The notes: generated by a model from the sequence alone, not told the origin. Positions 15,297 through 23,718 are shown, numbered from the stretch's first letter. The stretch: 32,000 nt of DNA from Micrococcus luteus NCTC 2665 (GCF_000023205.1 NC_012803.1:2220001-2252000), one strand, 5' to 3'. Made by a program: numbers and translations.

Positions 15297-16480
15297 AGTC
15301 GCACCTCTCGGCCGGTGAACCAACCCGCTTCCTCCAGCGCCTTGCGAGCGTCCTCGGCGCTCAGGTGCCCGTAGACGGCGGTGGTGGTGGTGATGTCGGC
15401 GTGGCCGAGGAGCTTGGAGACCACCTCGATCGGCACACCGTCGCGCAGCATCCGGGTCGCGGCGGTGTGGCGGTACCAGTGCGGGTCGAAGTCGATCCCG
15501 GTGCGCCGCCGCAGACGCTTGACCAGGTCGTAGACGGCCGTGTAGGTCAGCGGGTGACCGTGGGGTCGGCCCCAGAGGTTGACGAAGACGTAGTCGGAGT
15601 CTAGATCGTCGTACTCCAGGTGAAGGTAGTCGGCGTAGAGCCGGACCAGCTCCGCGCTGACCGGCACCGTCCGCGGTGCGCATGACTTGGAGCGGGCACC
15701 GTTGTCATTGACCCGGCGCTGGACCGTGATCTGGGACTCGGCAGCGGCAATGTCCTCATGCCGCAGCCCCAGCGCCTCACCGATCCGCATCCCGGTGTCG
15801 AACAGCACCGCGAACAAGAACCGGTCCCGCAGATGATCACAGGCATCGAGGATCGTCTGCACCTCGGCGGCGGAGAGCACGCGCGGGAGCTTGCTCTGCG
15901 CGCTCAGCACGATGGCCCGCCGAGCCTGCGGTTTGCCCTTGCTGATGTGGTGCAAGAACGGCTTCCACCCCGAGCCACGACCTCCGGCCGGCTGCCACGC
16001 CCTGAGCAGCTCTCCGAGGTCGACGCCGTGGCGCGCGGCGTGCTGGTAGAACGCGCTGAGCGCGGAGAGTTTCCGGTTGACCGTGGACTCAGTGCAGTGG
16101 TGCTCCACCGACGGCAACACCGGTACCGTCCCGTCGCGCAGCTGCGGCGGTCGGCGTAGCCAGGCGACGAACTCGGCGACGTTCTCCAATCGCACCTCAC
16201 GCCAGCCAAGGCCTTGGACGCCGAGGAACACGAACCAGTCCTTCAAGTCGTGAGCGTAGGCCTTAACCGTGTTCGACGACCGCTCGATCTGGGTCAAGTA
16301 CGCCAGATACCGCTCGATCGGAGCCACCGGGGCACCGTCATCACCCAGCACCGTCCACGACTCCACGGCATCGACCGGGGAGAGCACCCGCTGAACGAGT
16401 AAGCCCCGGTCCGTGCGGCTGCACGCGTCGTTTCGTAGTGTCAGCCCCCGACTGCCCAATGAAGATTGGGCGTCCTGCAT
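15293..16480 (-). CDS. Tyrosine recombinase, Tn554 TnpA-like
   Basis: SAM-like N-terminal domain (IERYLAYLTQIERSSNTVKAYAHDL), then GMRIGEAL, HWYRHT, LLGHADI and YGHL. ATG 16480 overlaps the SDR stop. An alternative TTG lies at 16510. Confidence 0.85.
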   Translation of the reverse strand: MQDAQSSLGSRGLTLRNDACSRTDRGLLVQRVLSPVDAVESWTVLGDDGAPVAPIERYLAYLTQIERSSNTVKAYAHDLKDWFVFLGVQGLGWREVRLENVAEFVAWLRRPPQLRDGTVPVLPSVEHHCTESTVNRKLSALSAFYQHAARHGVDLGELLRAWQPAGGRGSGWKPFLHHISKGKPQARRAIVLSAQSKLPRVLSAAEVQTILDACDHLRDRFLFAVLFDTGMRIGEALGLRHEDIAAAESQITVQRRVNDNGARSKSCAPRTVPVSAELVRLYADYLHLEYDDLDSDYVFVNLWGRPHGHPLTYTAVYDLVKRLRRRTGIDFDPHWYRHTAATRMLRDGVPIEVVSKLLGHADITTTTAVYGHLSAEDARKALEEAGWFTGREVRL

Positions 16481-17235
16481 CAGCTCGACGTATCGACCGT
16501 GTGGAGCCAAGCGTCAACATCCGGCCCGAGGACGGTGGCGTTGTCGGGAGCCAGGAGAACTCCCTCTGACAGCGCCGGCAGCGCAGGAGCGGTGACGCGG
16601 ACGGGGCGTGCGTCACCGAGCCGGTTCAGCAGCTTGGTCGTGAGCTCGGGCAACCGCACCACCTCTGGCCCGGTGACCGTCCTGGTCGCTGTGCCTGCGC
16701 GCCCCAGCGCAGCCTCGACCAGAACATCAGCAACTGCATCGGCAGCCACGGGCTGAACGAGCCAGTCCTCTACCCGAACCTCATCGTCCTCGAACGTGGT
16801 GGCCGATGGGTTGGTAGCGAACTCGTGCCACTGGGTGGACTTCACAACTGTCGACGGGACATCGCTGGCGGCCACGATTTCGTCTTGGGCGCGCTTGGCG
16901 AGGTAGTAGGGAAAGTCGTCGAAGACGGGATTGTCGACTCCACTGATGGATAAGAACACGAGGTGTCCGACCTGCTGGGCGGCACACGCTTCGACGACGT
17001 TGCGCGTAGCCGAAGTGAGGGCCTCGTGCAGGCCGACAGTCTCATCCGGCGGGAAAGCGTTGGAGGCGTCGATCGCGACGTCGACTCCTTCCAGCGCCTC
17101 GCGCAGGCCTTCCCCGGTGATCAGGTCCACCCCGGTAGCGCGTGAGACCTCAACGGGGCTGATGCCCCGGTCTTTGAGCTTGGCGACGGTGCGGGAGCCG
17201 GCGGTTCCCGTCGCTCCGATGACAGCGATCTTCAT
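16480..17235 (-). CDS. NmrA-like / atypical SDR NAD(P)H-binding protein
   Basis: MKIAVIGATGTAGSRTV is a Rossmann motif. 251 aa. ATG 17235 overlaps the Rrf2 stop (ATGA). Confidence 0.85.
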   Translation of the reverse strand: MKIAVIGATGTAGSRTVAKLKDRGISPVEVSRATGVDLITGEGLREALEGVDVAIDASNAFPPDETVGLHEALTSATRNVVEACAAQQVGHLVFLSISGVDNPVFDDFPYYLAKRAQDEIVAASDVPSTVVKSTQWHEFATNPSATTFEDDEVRVEDWLVQPVAADAVADVLVEAALGRAGTATRTVTGPEVVRLPELTTKLLNRLGDARPVRVTAPALPALSEGVLLAPDNATVLGPDVDAWLHTVDTSS

Positions 17236-17732
17236 GGTTGATGCTCTCCTTCTGGATGCTTGCGGTCGATGAACTCGGACAGTTGCTGACGGCTGTGGGC
17301 ATCGACACCGGCGGCCAGGTCAGTGATCGAAACCTGGGACAAGCTGGACCGCCAGGCGTCTTCGGCTTGTCTCATGGCTGAGGCGATGCGGCAGGGACCG
17401 CTGGCCTTGATCTCAGCCGAGCGTTCCTTGAACAACCCCTGACACCTAATCTCGGTGCAGCGGAAAATCGGACCGCGACCATCGAGGGCGTCAACGACGT
17501 CAGCCAGGGTGATCTCCTGGGCTGGGCGTGCCAACGCGAAACCTCCGGCTTGACCGGGAGTAGAGGTCACCAGGCCGTTAGCGGCCAGCTTCTGAAGGTG
17601 CTTGTTCAGGTATGTCGGGGACAGCCCGTACGCCTCGGCCAGTGCTGCGCTCGGCACCGGTTGGGTCGATCCGAACTGTTCCAGCACCACCAGGCAGTGG
17701 GCCGTCCACTCCACACCGTTCGGCAACTGCAT
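17232..17732 (-). CDS. Rrf2-family transcriptional regulator with three Cys
   Basis: MQLPNGVEWTAHCLVVLE...LAEAYGLSPTYLNKHLQKLAANGLV is a winged helix. The Cys cluster is FRCTEIRCQG...GPCRI. ATG 17732 is preferred over GTG 17741. Confidence 0.85.
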   Translation of the reverse strand: MQLPNGVEWTAHCLVVLEQFGSTQPVPSAALAEAYGLSPTYLNKHLQKLAANGLVTSTPGQAGGFALARPAQEITLADVVDALDGRGPIFRCTEIRCQGLFKERSAEIKASGPCRIASAMRQAEDAWRSSLSQVSITDLAAGVDAHSRQQLSEFIDRKHPEGEHQP

Positions 17733-17749
17733 ACTCAACACGCTACACC

Positions 17750-17774
17750 ATTCTGGATAGAGGATGTCCAGGAT
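17750..17774. promoter_or_regulatory. Inverted repeat just upstream of the Rrf2 gene (candidate operator)
   Basis: ATTCTGGA-TAGAGGATG-TCCAGGAT, 8-bp arms with one mismatch, starting 18 nt from ATG 17732. Confidence 0.35.
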
Positions 17775-17881
17775 GCTGACGTGCCCCGATCAGACGGTTC
17801 GTACTGCTGGCTCCAGCCTCACGACGTGGACGCCGGTCTACGACACGAAGCGGCAGGTCAGGGACTATTTCCTGCCGACGC

Positions 17882-17901
17882 ACTCTAGATAACGACCGTT
17901 T
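17882..17901 (-). repeat. Right inverted repeat ACTCTAGATAACGACCGTTT
   Basis: Reverse complement of 13307-13326 with one mismatch. Confidence 0.8.
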
Positions 17902-18091
17902 GTGGCACGCGCCCCAGATGTCTCCGGCAGTCTCCCCACGTCGCCTGCTAGGCGGTGTGACTTGCGCCGATGAATGTCCGGTATCTCGCACAGATCGCTG
18001 TCCGGCATAACCTCAGCTGGAGAAGTTGGGGCGGGTGAGTTGTTGCCCTCCGCCCTGGTGTCGGAACCGCATCATGCCGGATCGTGGGCGC

Positions 18092-18457
18092 ATGAGAGTG
18101 ACAGTCCGTGGAAACCGCTTGGTGAGCCTAGGGGCTCGAATCACTGTCGACGTCCCTGAGGGTCCGACGCCAGAGGTGCGGATTCACGCGCCGTTCTGCA
18201 GGCGAGCGATTCCCGTCTCGGAGATCTCCGACATCACTTCAGCCAGTGATGACGGCATGAACCACGGACTCCTCAACTGGTTCGTCACGGGCCGCGCTTC
18301 AGCCCCCGGCGGGGTCCGCATCAACAACGGCGGTCGGGCCCGCGTCACGATCCGGACCCGTGACGGGTCGCTCTTCAACGTCGTAGTGGACGATCACGAC
18401 CAGGCGAGCCGCCTGGTTGAGGATGTCCGGTCGATCAGAGCACGCTCATCCGGCTAA
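18092..18457 (+). CDS. Hypothetical protein
   Basis: Open frame with plausible composition (MRVTVRGNRLVSLGARITVDVP...RVTIRTRDGSLFNVVVDDHDQASRLVEDV). No family recognised. Start is ATG 18092 or 18074. Its stop TAA lies inside repeat copy C. Confidence 0.45.
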   Translation: MRVTVRGNRLVSLGARITVDVPEGPTPEVRIHAPFCRRAIPVSEISDITSASDDGMNHGLLNWFVTGRASAPGGVRINNGGRARVTIRTRDGSLFNVVVDDHDQASRLVEDVRSIRARSSG

Positions 18458-18468
18458 ATCGGTCGTTA
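18435..18468 (+). repeat. Third, direct-orientation partial copy of the element-end motif
   Basis: CGGCTAAATCGGTCGTTA (18451-18468) versus CGGCTTAAACGGTCGTTA (13301-13318), 16 of 18 by my count. Both are preceded by TCAGAG(G)CACGC. Confidence 0.6.
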
Positions 18469-18867
18469 GTGACGAGGGGCCCCGCCATGCGCCGTGTGCG
18501 CCACCTCCGGCCCTGCCCGCCCGCCGCACGGCTCGCCACAACCAACCCGCTAGAGCGGCAGCCGTCCGTACGTTTCGAGCGAGCCCTGGGGTGCGCGGGG
18601 GCGCCCACCTGGACACCCAGTGTCACGCCGACCGGATCCCGCCCGATACGCGAAGAGTCCACCGCGCGTCGTGTGGAACCTTGCCTGCATCTCGACAGCA
18701 AAGGCCCTTGCCCACCGATCCGCATCGTGACACAGTTCACCCCATGATGCAGCAGCAGTGACGCCGTGGGTCCGACGACCCACCACCGGCCTCCCCGCGC
18801 GCCCGTCTCGAGCACGGCTCGACGGGTGCCTCTGCGCCCACCCCTTTCTTCAGAAAGCAGTCACCGC

Positions 18868-19938
18868 ATGCCTGACATCATCGAATTCCCCCTGCCCGTC
18901 TCGTCGGACGACCCCCACTGGCGGGCCTACTGCCAGCTCGGAGACGAGTACAACCACGAACTGATCGGCACGACCGAGTGGGACGAGACCCCCACGGACG
19001 CGCTCATCCAGGCCGCCGCCGAGACCGACCACACGCTGCGCCGCTACCTGGCGTACGTCGACGGCGAGGCGGTCGGCTACGCCCGCGTCCTGATCAACCA
19101 GGTCGACGACCCTGACGCGGCCGCCCTCAACGTCTACGTCCACCCGCGGCACCGCGGACGCGGCCACGGCCGGGCACTGGCCGAGCGGCTCGTCCTGGAC
19201 ACCGCCGGCCTCACCCGTTTCGAGACCTGGCCGCTGACGCCGCGGCCGGTGGCCGGGCAACGGACGCTCACCCCGCCCAACGGCGCCGGCGCGGTGTCCG
19301 CCGAACATCCGGGTGTGCGTCTCGCCCAGTCCTACGGCTTCGCGCTCGTCCAGATCGAGCGGGTGAGCCGGTATGACTTCGCCGATCCGGGGATCGACCC
19401 CGCCGTCGCCCTGGCCGAGGCCGAACGCGTCTCGTCGGACTACGAGCTCCACGCCTGGGAGGGCGCGGCCGACGCGTCCCTGCAGGACGACCTTGCCGTC
19501 CTCAAGGCCCGCATGGCCACGGACGTGCCCTCCGGGGAACGCACCGTGGTGGAGCAGGTGTGGGACGCGGCCCGCGTGCGTCGCATGGACGAGCAGATCC
19601 TCACGACCGGGCGCCTCTTCCGCGCGGTGGCGCGGCACCGCGCCACCGGTCGGATCGTTGCCCTGAGCGAGCTGGTGGCGCCCCGCTCGCGCCCGGACGG
19701 GCTCATCGACCAGTGGGACACCATCGTGCTGCCCGAGCACCGCGGCCACCGCCTCGGCATGCGCGTGAAGGCGGCGAACCTCATCGCCGTGCGCGACGCG
19801 CTGCCCGGGGCCCGCGCGATCATCACGTGGAACGCCGAGGAGAACCGGCACATGCTCGACGTCAACGAGGCGCTGGGCTTCCGGCCCGTGCTGGCCGAGG
19901 CGTCCATGGAAGCGCCGGCACCGCTGCGACGTCGCTGA
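18868..19938 (+). CDS. Two-domain GNAT-family N-acetyltransferase
   Basis: Two acetyl-CoA motifs: VHPRHRGRGHGRALAE and VLPEHRGHRLGMRVK. Start taken at ATG 18868 (MPDIIEF). Confidence 0.8.
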   Translation: MPDIIEFPLPVSSDDPHWRAYCQLGDEYNHELIGTTEWDETPTDALIQAAAETDHTLRRYLAYVDGEAVGYARVLINQVDDPDAAALNVYVHPRHRGRGHGRALAERLVLDTAGLTRFETWPLTPRPVAGQRTLTPPNGAGAVSAEHPGVRLAQSYGFALVQIERVSRYDFADPGIDPAVALAEAERVSSDYELHAWEGAADASLQDDLAVLKARMATDVPSGERTVVEQVWDAARVRRMDEQILTTGRLFRAVARHRATGRIVALSELVAPRSRPDGLIDQWDTIVLPEHRGHRLGMRVKAANLIAVRDALPGARAIITWNAEENRHMLDVNEALGFRPVLAEASMEAPAPLRRR

Positions 19939-19962
19939 CGGCCCGCGACCCGCGGCGCCGCC

Positions 19963-20838
19963 TCACCCCCGCTCGAGCGTCCGCTGGGCCGCCTCCCGCA
20001 CCGCCCGCGTGAGCCGCACCAGGCGCGTCACGGGCAGTGTGGCCGCCTGCCAGTACAGGGGCACGAGGACGTCGTCGAGCCCGGGCACGCGGACCAGCCG
20101 GCCGGCGCGCACGTCCTCGACGGCCTGGGCGTCCACGAGCATCCCCCACCCCAGGCCGGCCCGGACGGACCGGTGGAACCCGTCGAACGACGGCGCCAGG
20201 TGCGTGGGCGGGGCGACGTCCAGCCCGGCGCCGCTCAGCGCGAGGCGCTGCAGGTCGTCCTTCGCGTTGTAGCGCATCATGGGCATCGCGCCGAGGTCGA
20301 CGACGTCGCCCGCCGCGTGCCGGGCGAGCAGGGCGGGCGAAGCGAGCGGGACGTAGCGCATGCTCCCCAGCGGCTCCGCCGCACACCCCTGCACCGGCTG
20401 CGGCTCCGTGGTGACGGCGGCCAGCACCTCGCCCCGGCGCAGCAGCCGGGCGCTGTGGTCCTGGTCCTCGACGTGCAGGTCCAGGACCGTGTCGTCCCAG
20501 TCGGCGGCCTCGGCCAGGACGGGCCCGAACCACGTGCCCAGCACGTCGGCGGGCACGGCCAGGGAGGTGACGCTGCGCCCGGCCGCCGTGCGGCCCAGCC
20601 CGGCCCACGCCTCCTGTTCGAGCACCCGCATGTGCCGGGCCACGCGCACCAGGCCGATGCCGGCCTCGGTCGGCTCGCAGGGTGTGCCGCGCCGGAGCAG
20701 CACCTGGCCCACCTCCCGCTCCAGGGCGCGGATGCGCTGGCTGACCGCGGAGGCGCTGACGCCGAGCTCGTACGCGGCCGCTTCGAACGAGCCCTCGTCG
20801 GCGATCGCACGTAGCGCCTGCAGCTGATCCAGGTTCAT
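19963..20838 (-). CDS. lysG: LysR-type regulator of the LysG/ArgP family
   Basis: MNLDQLQALRAIADEGSFEAAAYELGVSASAVSQRIRALE resembles the C. glutamicum LysG N-terminus. Divergent from a LysE-family exporter. Confidence 0.85.
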   Translation of the reverse strand: MNLDQLQALRAIADEGSFEAAAYELGVSASAVSQRIRALEREVGQVLLRRGTPCEPTEAGIGLVRVARHMRVLEQEAWAGLGRTAAGRSVTSLAVPADVLGTWFGPVLAEAADWDDTVLDLHVEDQDHSARLLRRGEVLAAVTTEPQPVQGCAAEPLGSMRYVPLASPALLARHAAGDVVDLGAMPMMRYNAKDDLQRLALSGAGLDVAPPTHLAPSFDGFHRSVRAGLGWGMLVDAQAVEDVRAGRLVRVPGLDDVLVPLYWQAATLPVTRLVRLTRAVREAAQRTLERG

Positions 20839-20909
20839 GAAGCAGAGCTTAGGCACCTGCAGTTCTCTTCGTTTGGCTCAGGCCCGGCCGGGCTCTAGCG
20901 TCCTCACCC

Positions 20910-21524
20910 ATGTGGACCCTCGCCGGCACCGGCCTGCTCACCGGACTCGCCCTCATCGTCGCCATCGGCGCCCAGAACGCCTTCGTGCTCCGCCAGGGCG
21001 TGCGCCGAGAGCATGTGGGCGCCGTCGTACTGGTGTGCATGGCCTCGGACGCCGTGCTGATCCTGGCCGGCACCGCCGGGGTGGGCGCGCTCGTGCAGGC
21101 CGTGCCGTGGCTGCTCGAGGTGCTGCGCTGGGGCGGTGCCCTGTACCTGCTCTGGTTCGCGGTCTCCTCCCTGCGTGCCGCGCTGCGCCCGCAGGGGCTC
21201 ATGGCCGAGCAGGCGCCGCGCACCGCGGGTTCGGTCATCGCCACCACGCTCGCGCTGACCTGGCTCAACCCGCACGTCTACCTGGACACCGTGGTGCTGC
21301 TGGGCAGCCTCGCCAACCAGCACGGCCCCGACGCGCGGTGGGTCTTCGCCGCCGGCGCCGTCGCCGCCTCGGTCCTGTGGTTCACCGCGCTCGGCTACGG
21401 CGCGCGCCTGCTGGCCCGGGTGCTCGCCGACCCGAAGGCGTGGCGCGTGGTGGACGTGGTGATCGCGGTGGTCATGGCGGTGCTCGCGGTCCGGCTCATC
21501 GCCGGTTCCGACGTGTGGGGCTGA
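20910..21524 (+). CDS. lysE: LysE/ArgO-family basic amino-acid exporter
   Basis: LALIVAIGAQNAFVLRQG...LTWLNPHVYLDTVVLLGS is the LysE family signature. Confidence 0.85.
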   Translation: MWTLAGTGLLTGLALIVAIGAQNAFVLRQGVRREHVGAVVLVCMASDAVLILAGTAGVGALVQAVPWLLEVLRWGGALYLLWFAVSSLRAALRPQGLMAEQAPRTAGSVIATTLALTWLNPHVYLDTVVLLGSLANQHGPDARWVFAAGAVAASVLWFTALGYGARLLARVLADPKAWRVVDVVIAVVMAVLAVRLIAGSDVWG

Positions 21525-21534
21525 GCCGGCAGAC

Positions 21535-21553
21535 GCCGGAGCGCGCCTCCGGC
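21535..21553. terminator. Short GC hairpin between convergent genes
   Basis: GCCGGAG-CGCGC-CTCCGGC, a perfect 7-bp stem. Confidence 0.35.
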
Positions 21554-21561
21554 ACGAGCCA

Positions 21562-22074
21562 CTACCCGCGCTCACCCCGGAGGTCGGCGCGAGCCTGACG
21601 CAACGCTTCGCGGTAGGACTCCGCCTTCTGGTCGTAGAGCCCCGCAGGCGAGGCCTCCCCTACGAGGTCGCTCAGCGAGGCACGCCGCTCCCCGCGTTTC
21701 CGCTGCTGATAGGACACGACGTCTTGGAGCCGGATGCGTCGGTGCCGACCACCGGTCGTCCTCTCGTACGGCAACGCGCCCTCCTCGAGCAGCCTCACCA
21801 GCGTGGGACGACTGATGCCGAGGAAGTTCGCCGCCTCCTGTGTCGTGAGCAGCTGGTCGACGGGTGCCACCGTGATGGCCTTGCCCACCCGCATCGCCTC
21901 GACGACGTCCCGCAGGACGTTGAAAGCCTCTGGCGGCAGGGGGACCTTCTGCCCATCAGGGCCGACCAGGGCGGCCGGCTGCGTCAGGCCGTCGAGGAAC
22001 CTGCCGACGTCGAGCATCTCCTCGAGGTCCGTCGGCGGCAGCACCGTGTGCTTGTCATTCACCGTCGCAGTCAT
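21562..22074 (-). CDS. Excisionase-family HTH protein (antitoxin-like architecture)
   Basis: LLTTQEAANFLGISRPTLVRLLEEGALPYERTTGGRHRRIRLQDVVSY is an excisionase/MerR-type HTH. The N-terminal LVGPDGQKVPLPPEAFNVLRDVV segment is typical of actinobacterial antitoxin-like proteins. Confidence 0.75.
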   Translation of the reverse strand: MTATVNDKHTVLPPTDLEEMLDVGRFLDGLTQPAALVGPDGQKVPLPPEAFNVLRDVVEAMRVGKAITVAPVDQLLTTQEAANFLGISRPTLVRLLEEGALPYERTTGGRHRRIRLQDVVSYQQRKRGERRASLSDLVGEASPAGLYDQKAESYREALRQARADLRGERG

Positions 22075-22149
22075 GGAACAAGACTACCCGCGAAAACGAA
22101 AAATTCGCAGTTTCCTCTCGCGTCCGCTTCCCCGCTCCGGGGCGCTGCG

Positions 22150-22677
22150 TCAACCGCGCGCGTAGGCGAGCGACTCCTCGATGATCCCGACGACGACGGC
22201 CAGCTCTGCCTCGTCCCGCGGACCGTAGAGCATCCACTCCGTGCCGAAGTCCGCGTAGCCATGCGGTTCGAGCCATCCGAGCTCGGCCAGACGGACGCCG
22301 CGCTCGGGCGCCAGGACGAGGTGCACTGACGTGTCGTCCACCCCATGCAGGTGCACCGGCTCCCAGCGCCGGCCTGGTGAGAGGTTGACCTCCGGGGTGC
22401 GCTCCTCCGGCCGGCCTGTCAGGTGGACGGCGCGCGACGTTGCTGGCGAGACGGTGCTGTGGCCCTCCTCGACGCCGTCGAGGGCGAACACCGCAGCGAC
22501 CAGACGGCCCCACAGCTCCGGCGATGATCGCTGATCAAGCTGTCGGTGGGGCCCCTCGGTCGACGTCGCGGGACGACCGCCCGGCCGGGGATCGTCAGCG
22601 GTGAGCCGGACACGGGGGCTCGCATCAGGATCCATGCAGACGATCCAGACGGGGCCCCGCCGGCCAGGCAAGGCCAC
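22150..22677 (-). CDS. Small luciferase-family (DUF5519-like) protein
   Basis: GRPATSTEGPHRQLDQRSSPELW...GVEEGHSTVSPATSRAVHL...EPVHLHGVDDTSVHLVL...MLYGPRDEAELAVVVGIIEES. Start is ATG 22677 (9 nt after the mesD stop) or ATG 22635. Confidence 0.55.
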   Translation of the reverse strand: MALPGRRGPVWIVCMDPDASPRVRLTADDPRPGGRPATSTEGPHRQLDQRSSPELWGRLVAAVFALDGVEEGHSTVSPATSRAVHLTGRPEERTPEVNLSPGRRWEPVHLHGVDDTSVHLVLAPERGVRLAELGWLEPHGYADFGTEWMLYGPRDEAELAVVVGIIEESLAYARG

Positions 22678-22686
22678 CAGGCCCCC

Positions 22687-23718
22687 TCACTCCCCGCCCA
22701 GCTCCTCCCGGAGGAGCCGGGCACCGGCCACGAGCGCCGCCGTCTTGTCCCGCGCCACCGAGCGAGCCAGCGGCGCCATGCCGCAGTTGGTGCTCGCGAT
22801 CAGCTTGTCCGCGTCCACGAACTCGAGGGTCTCCCGGAGGGTCGCCGCGACCTCCTCGGGCGTCTCGATCTCGTCGCTCGCCACGTCGATCGCGCCGACC
22901 ATCACCTTCTTGCCGCGCAGCAGGCCGATGAGCTCCGCCGGCACCCGGGAGTGGTGCCGCTCCAGGGCGATCGTGTCGATCGTGGACTCGCGCAGCAGGG
23001 GGAACGACGTCTCGTACTGGCGCCACTCCTCCCCGAGCGTGGCCTTCCAGTCGTTGTTCGCCTTGATCCCGTAGCCGTAGCAGATGTGCACGGCCGTCTC
23101 ACACGTCAGGCCCTCGGCCGCACGCTCGAGCGTCGCCACGCCCCAGTCGCGGACGTCGTCGAAGAACACGTTGAACGCGGGCTCGTCGAACTGCACGACG
23201 TCGACGCCCACCGCCGCCAGCTCCCGCGCCTCCTCGTTGAGGATGCGCGCGAACTCCCACGCGAGCTTCTCGCGGCTGCCGTAGTGGCGGTCGGCGAGGG
23301 TGTCGATCATGGTCATCGGCCCGGGCAGGGTCCACTTGATGGGCCGGTCCGTCCGCGCGCGCAGGGCCTTCGCGTCGTCCACGAACACCGGCGCCGGTCG
23401 GCCCACCTCCCCGACGACGGTCGGCACGCTCGCGTCGTACCGGTCGCGGATCCGCACCGTCTCACGCCGGTCGAAGTCCACGCCGCCGAGGTGCTCGATG
23501 AACGTGGTGACGAAGTGCTGGCGGGTCTGCTCGCCGTCGCAGACGATGTCGACGCCCGCGCGCTCCTGGTCGGCCACGGCGAGGGCGAGCGCGTCGAGCT
23601 GGCCCTCGCGCAGCTGCTCCCCCTCGAGCTTCCAGGGCGACCAGAGCGTCTCCTCCTCGGCGAGCCAGCCGGGCTTCGGCAGGCTGCCGACGAGGGCGGT
23701 GGGGATCAGGGTGGTCAT
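22687..23718 (-). CDS. mesD: Core (single-barrel) MetE-like methionine synthase, MesD-type
   Basis: 343 aa, corresponding only to the homocysteine-binding half of MetE. Contains LVGSLPKPGWL, Zn-ligand-type HICYGY and STNCGM. ATG 23718 overlaps the DUF1852 gene stop. Confidence 0.75.
   Translation of the reverse strand: MTTLIPTALVGSLPKPGWLAEEETLWSPWKLEGEQLREGQLDALALAVADQERAGVDIVCDGEQTRQHFVTTFIEHLGGVDFDRRETVRIRDRYDASVPTVVGEVGRPAPVFVDDAKALRARTDRPIKWTLPGPMTMIDTLADRHYGSREKLAWEFARILNEEARELAAVGVDVVQFDEPAFNVFFDDVRDWGVATLERAAEGLTCETAVHICYGYGIKANNDWKATLGEEWRQYETSFPLLRESTIDTIALERHHSRVPAELIGLLRGKKVMVGAIDVASDEIETPEEVAATLRETLEFVDADKLIASTNCGMAPLARSVARDKTAALVAGARLLREELGGE

Larger units (their letters stand above)
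13303..17903 (-). mobile_element. Putative 4.6-kb mobile unit: Rrf2 regulator, SDR and a Tn554-like tnpA-tnpB-tnpC module, bounded by 20-bp inverted repeats
   Basis: Inverted repeats at 13307-13326 and 17882-17901. The direct repeat GGCACGCG lies just outside both (13295-13302, 17904-17911). All five internal genes are on one strand and overlap. Confidence 0.6.

Noticed and set aside
13821-15683. 620-aa version of the second recombinase
   Set aside because: Its first ~129 codons overlap the 3' end of the first recombinase gene in another frame and read as Arg/Pro-rich filler. A GTG at 15296 forming a GTGA overlap gives a 491-aa protein starting just before the recognisable domain.
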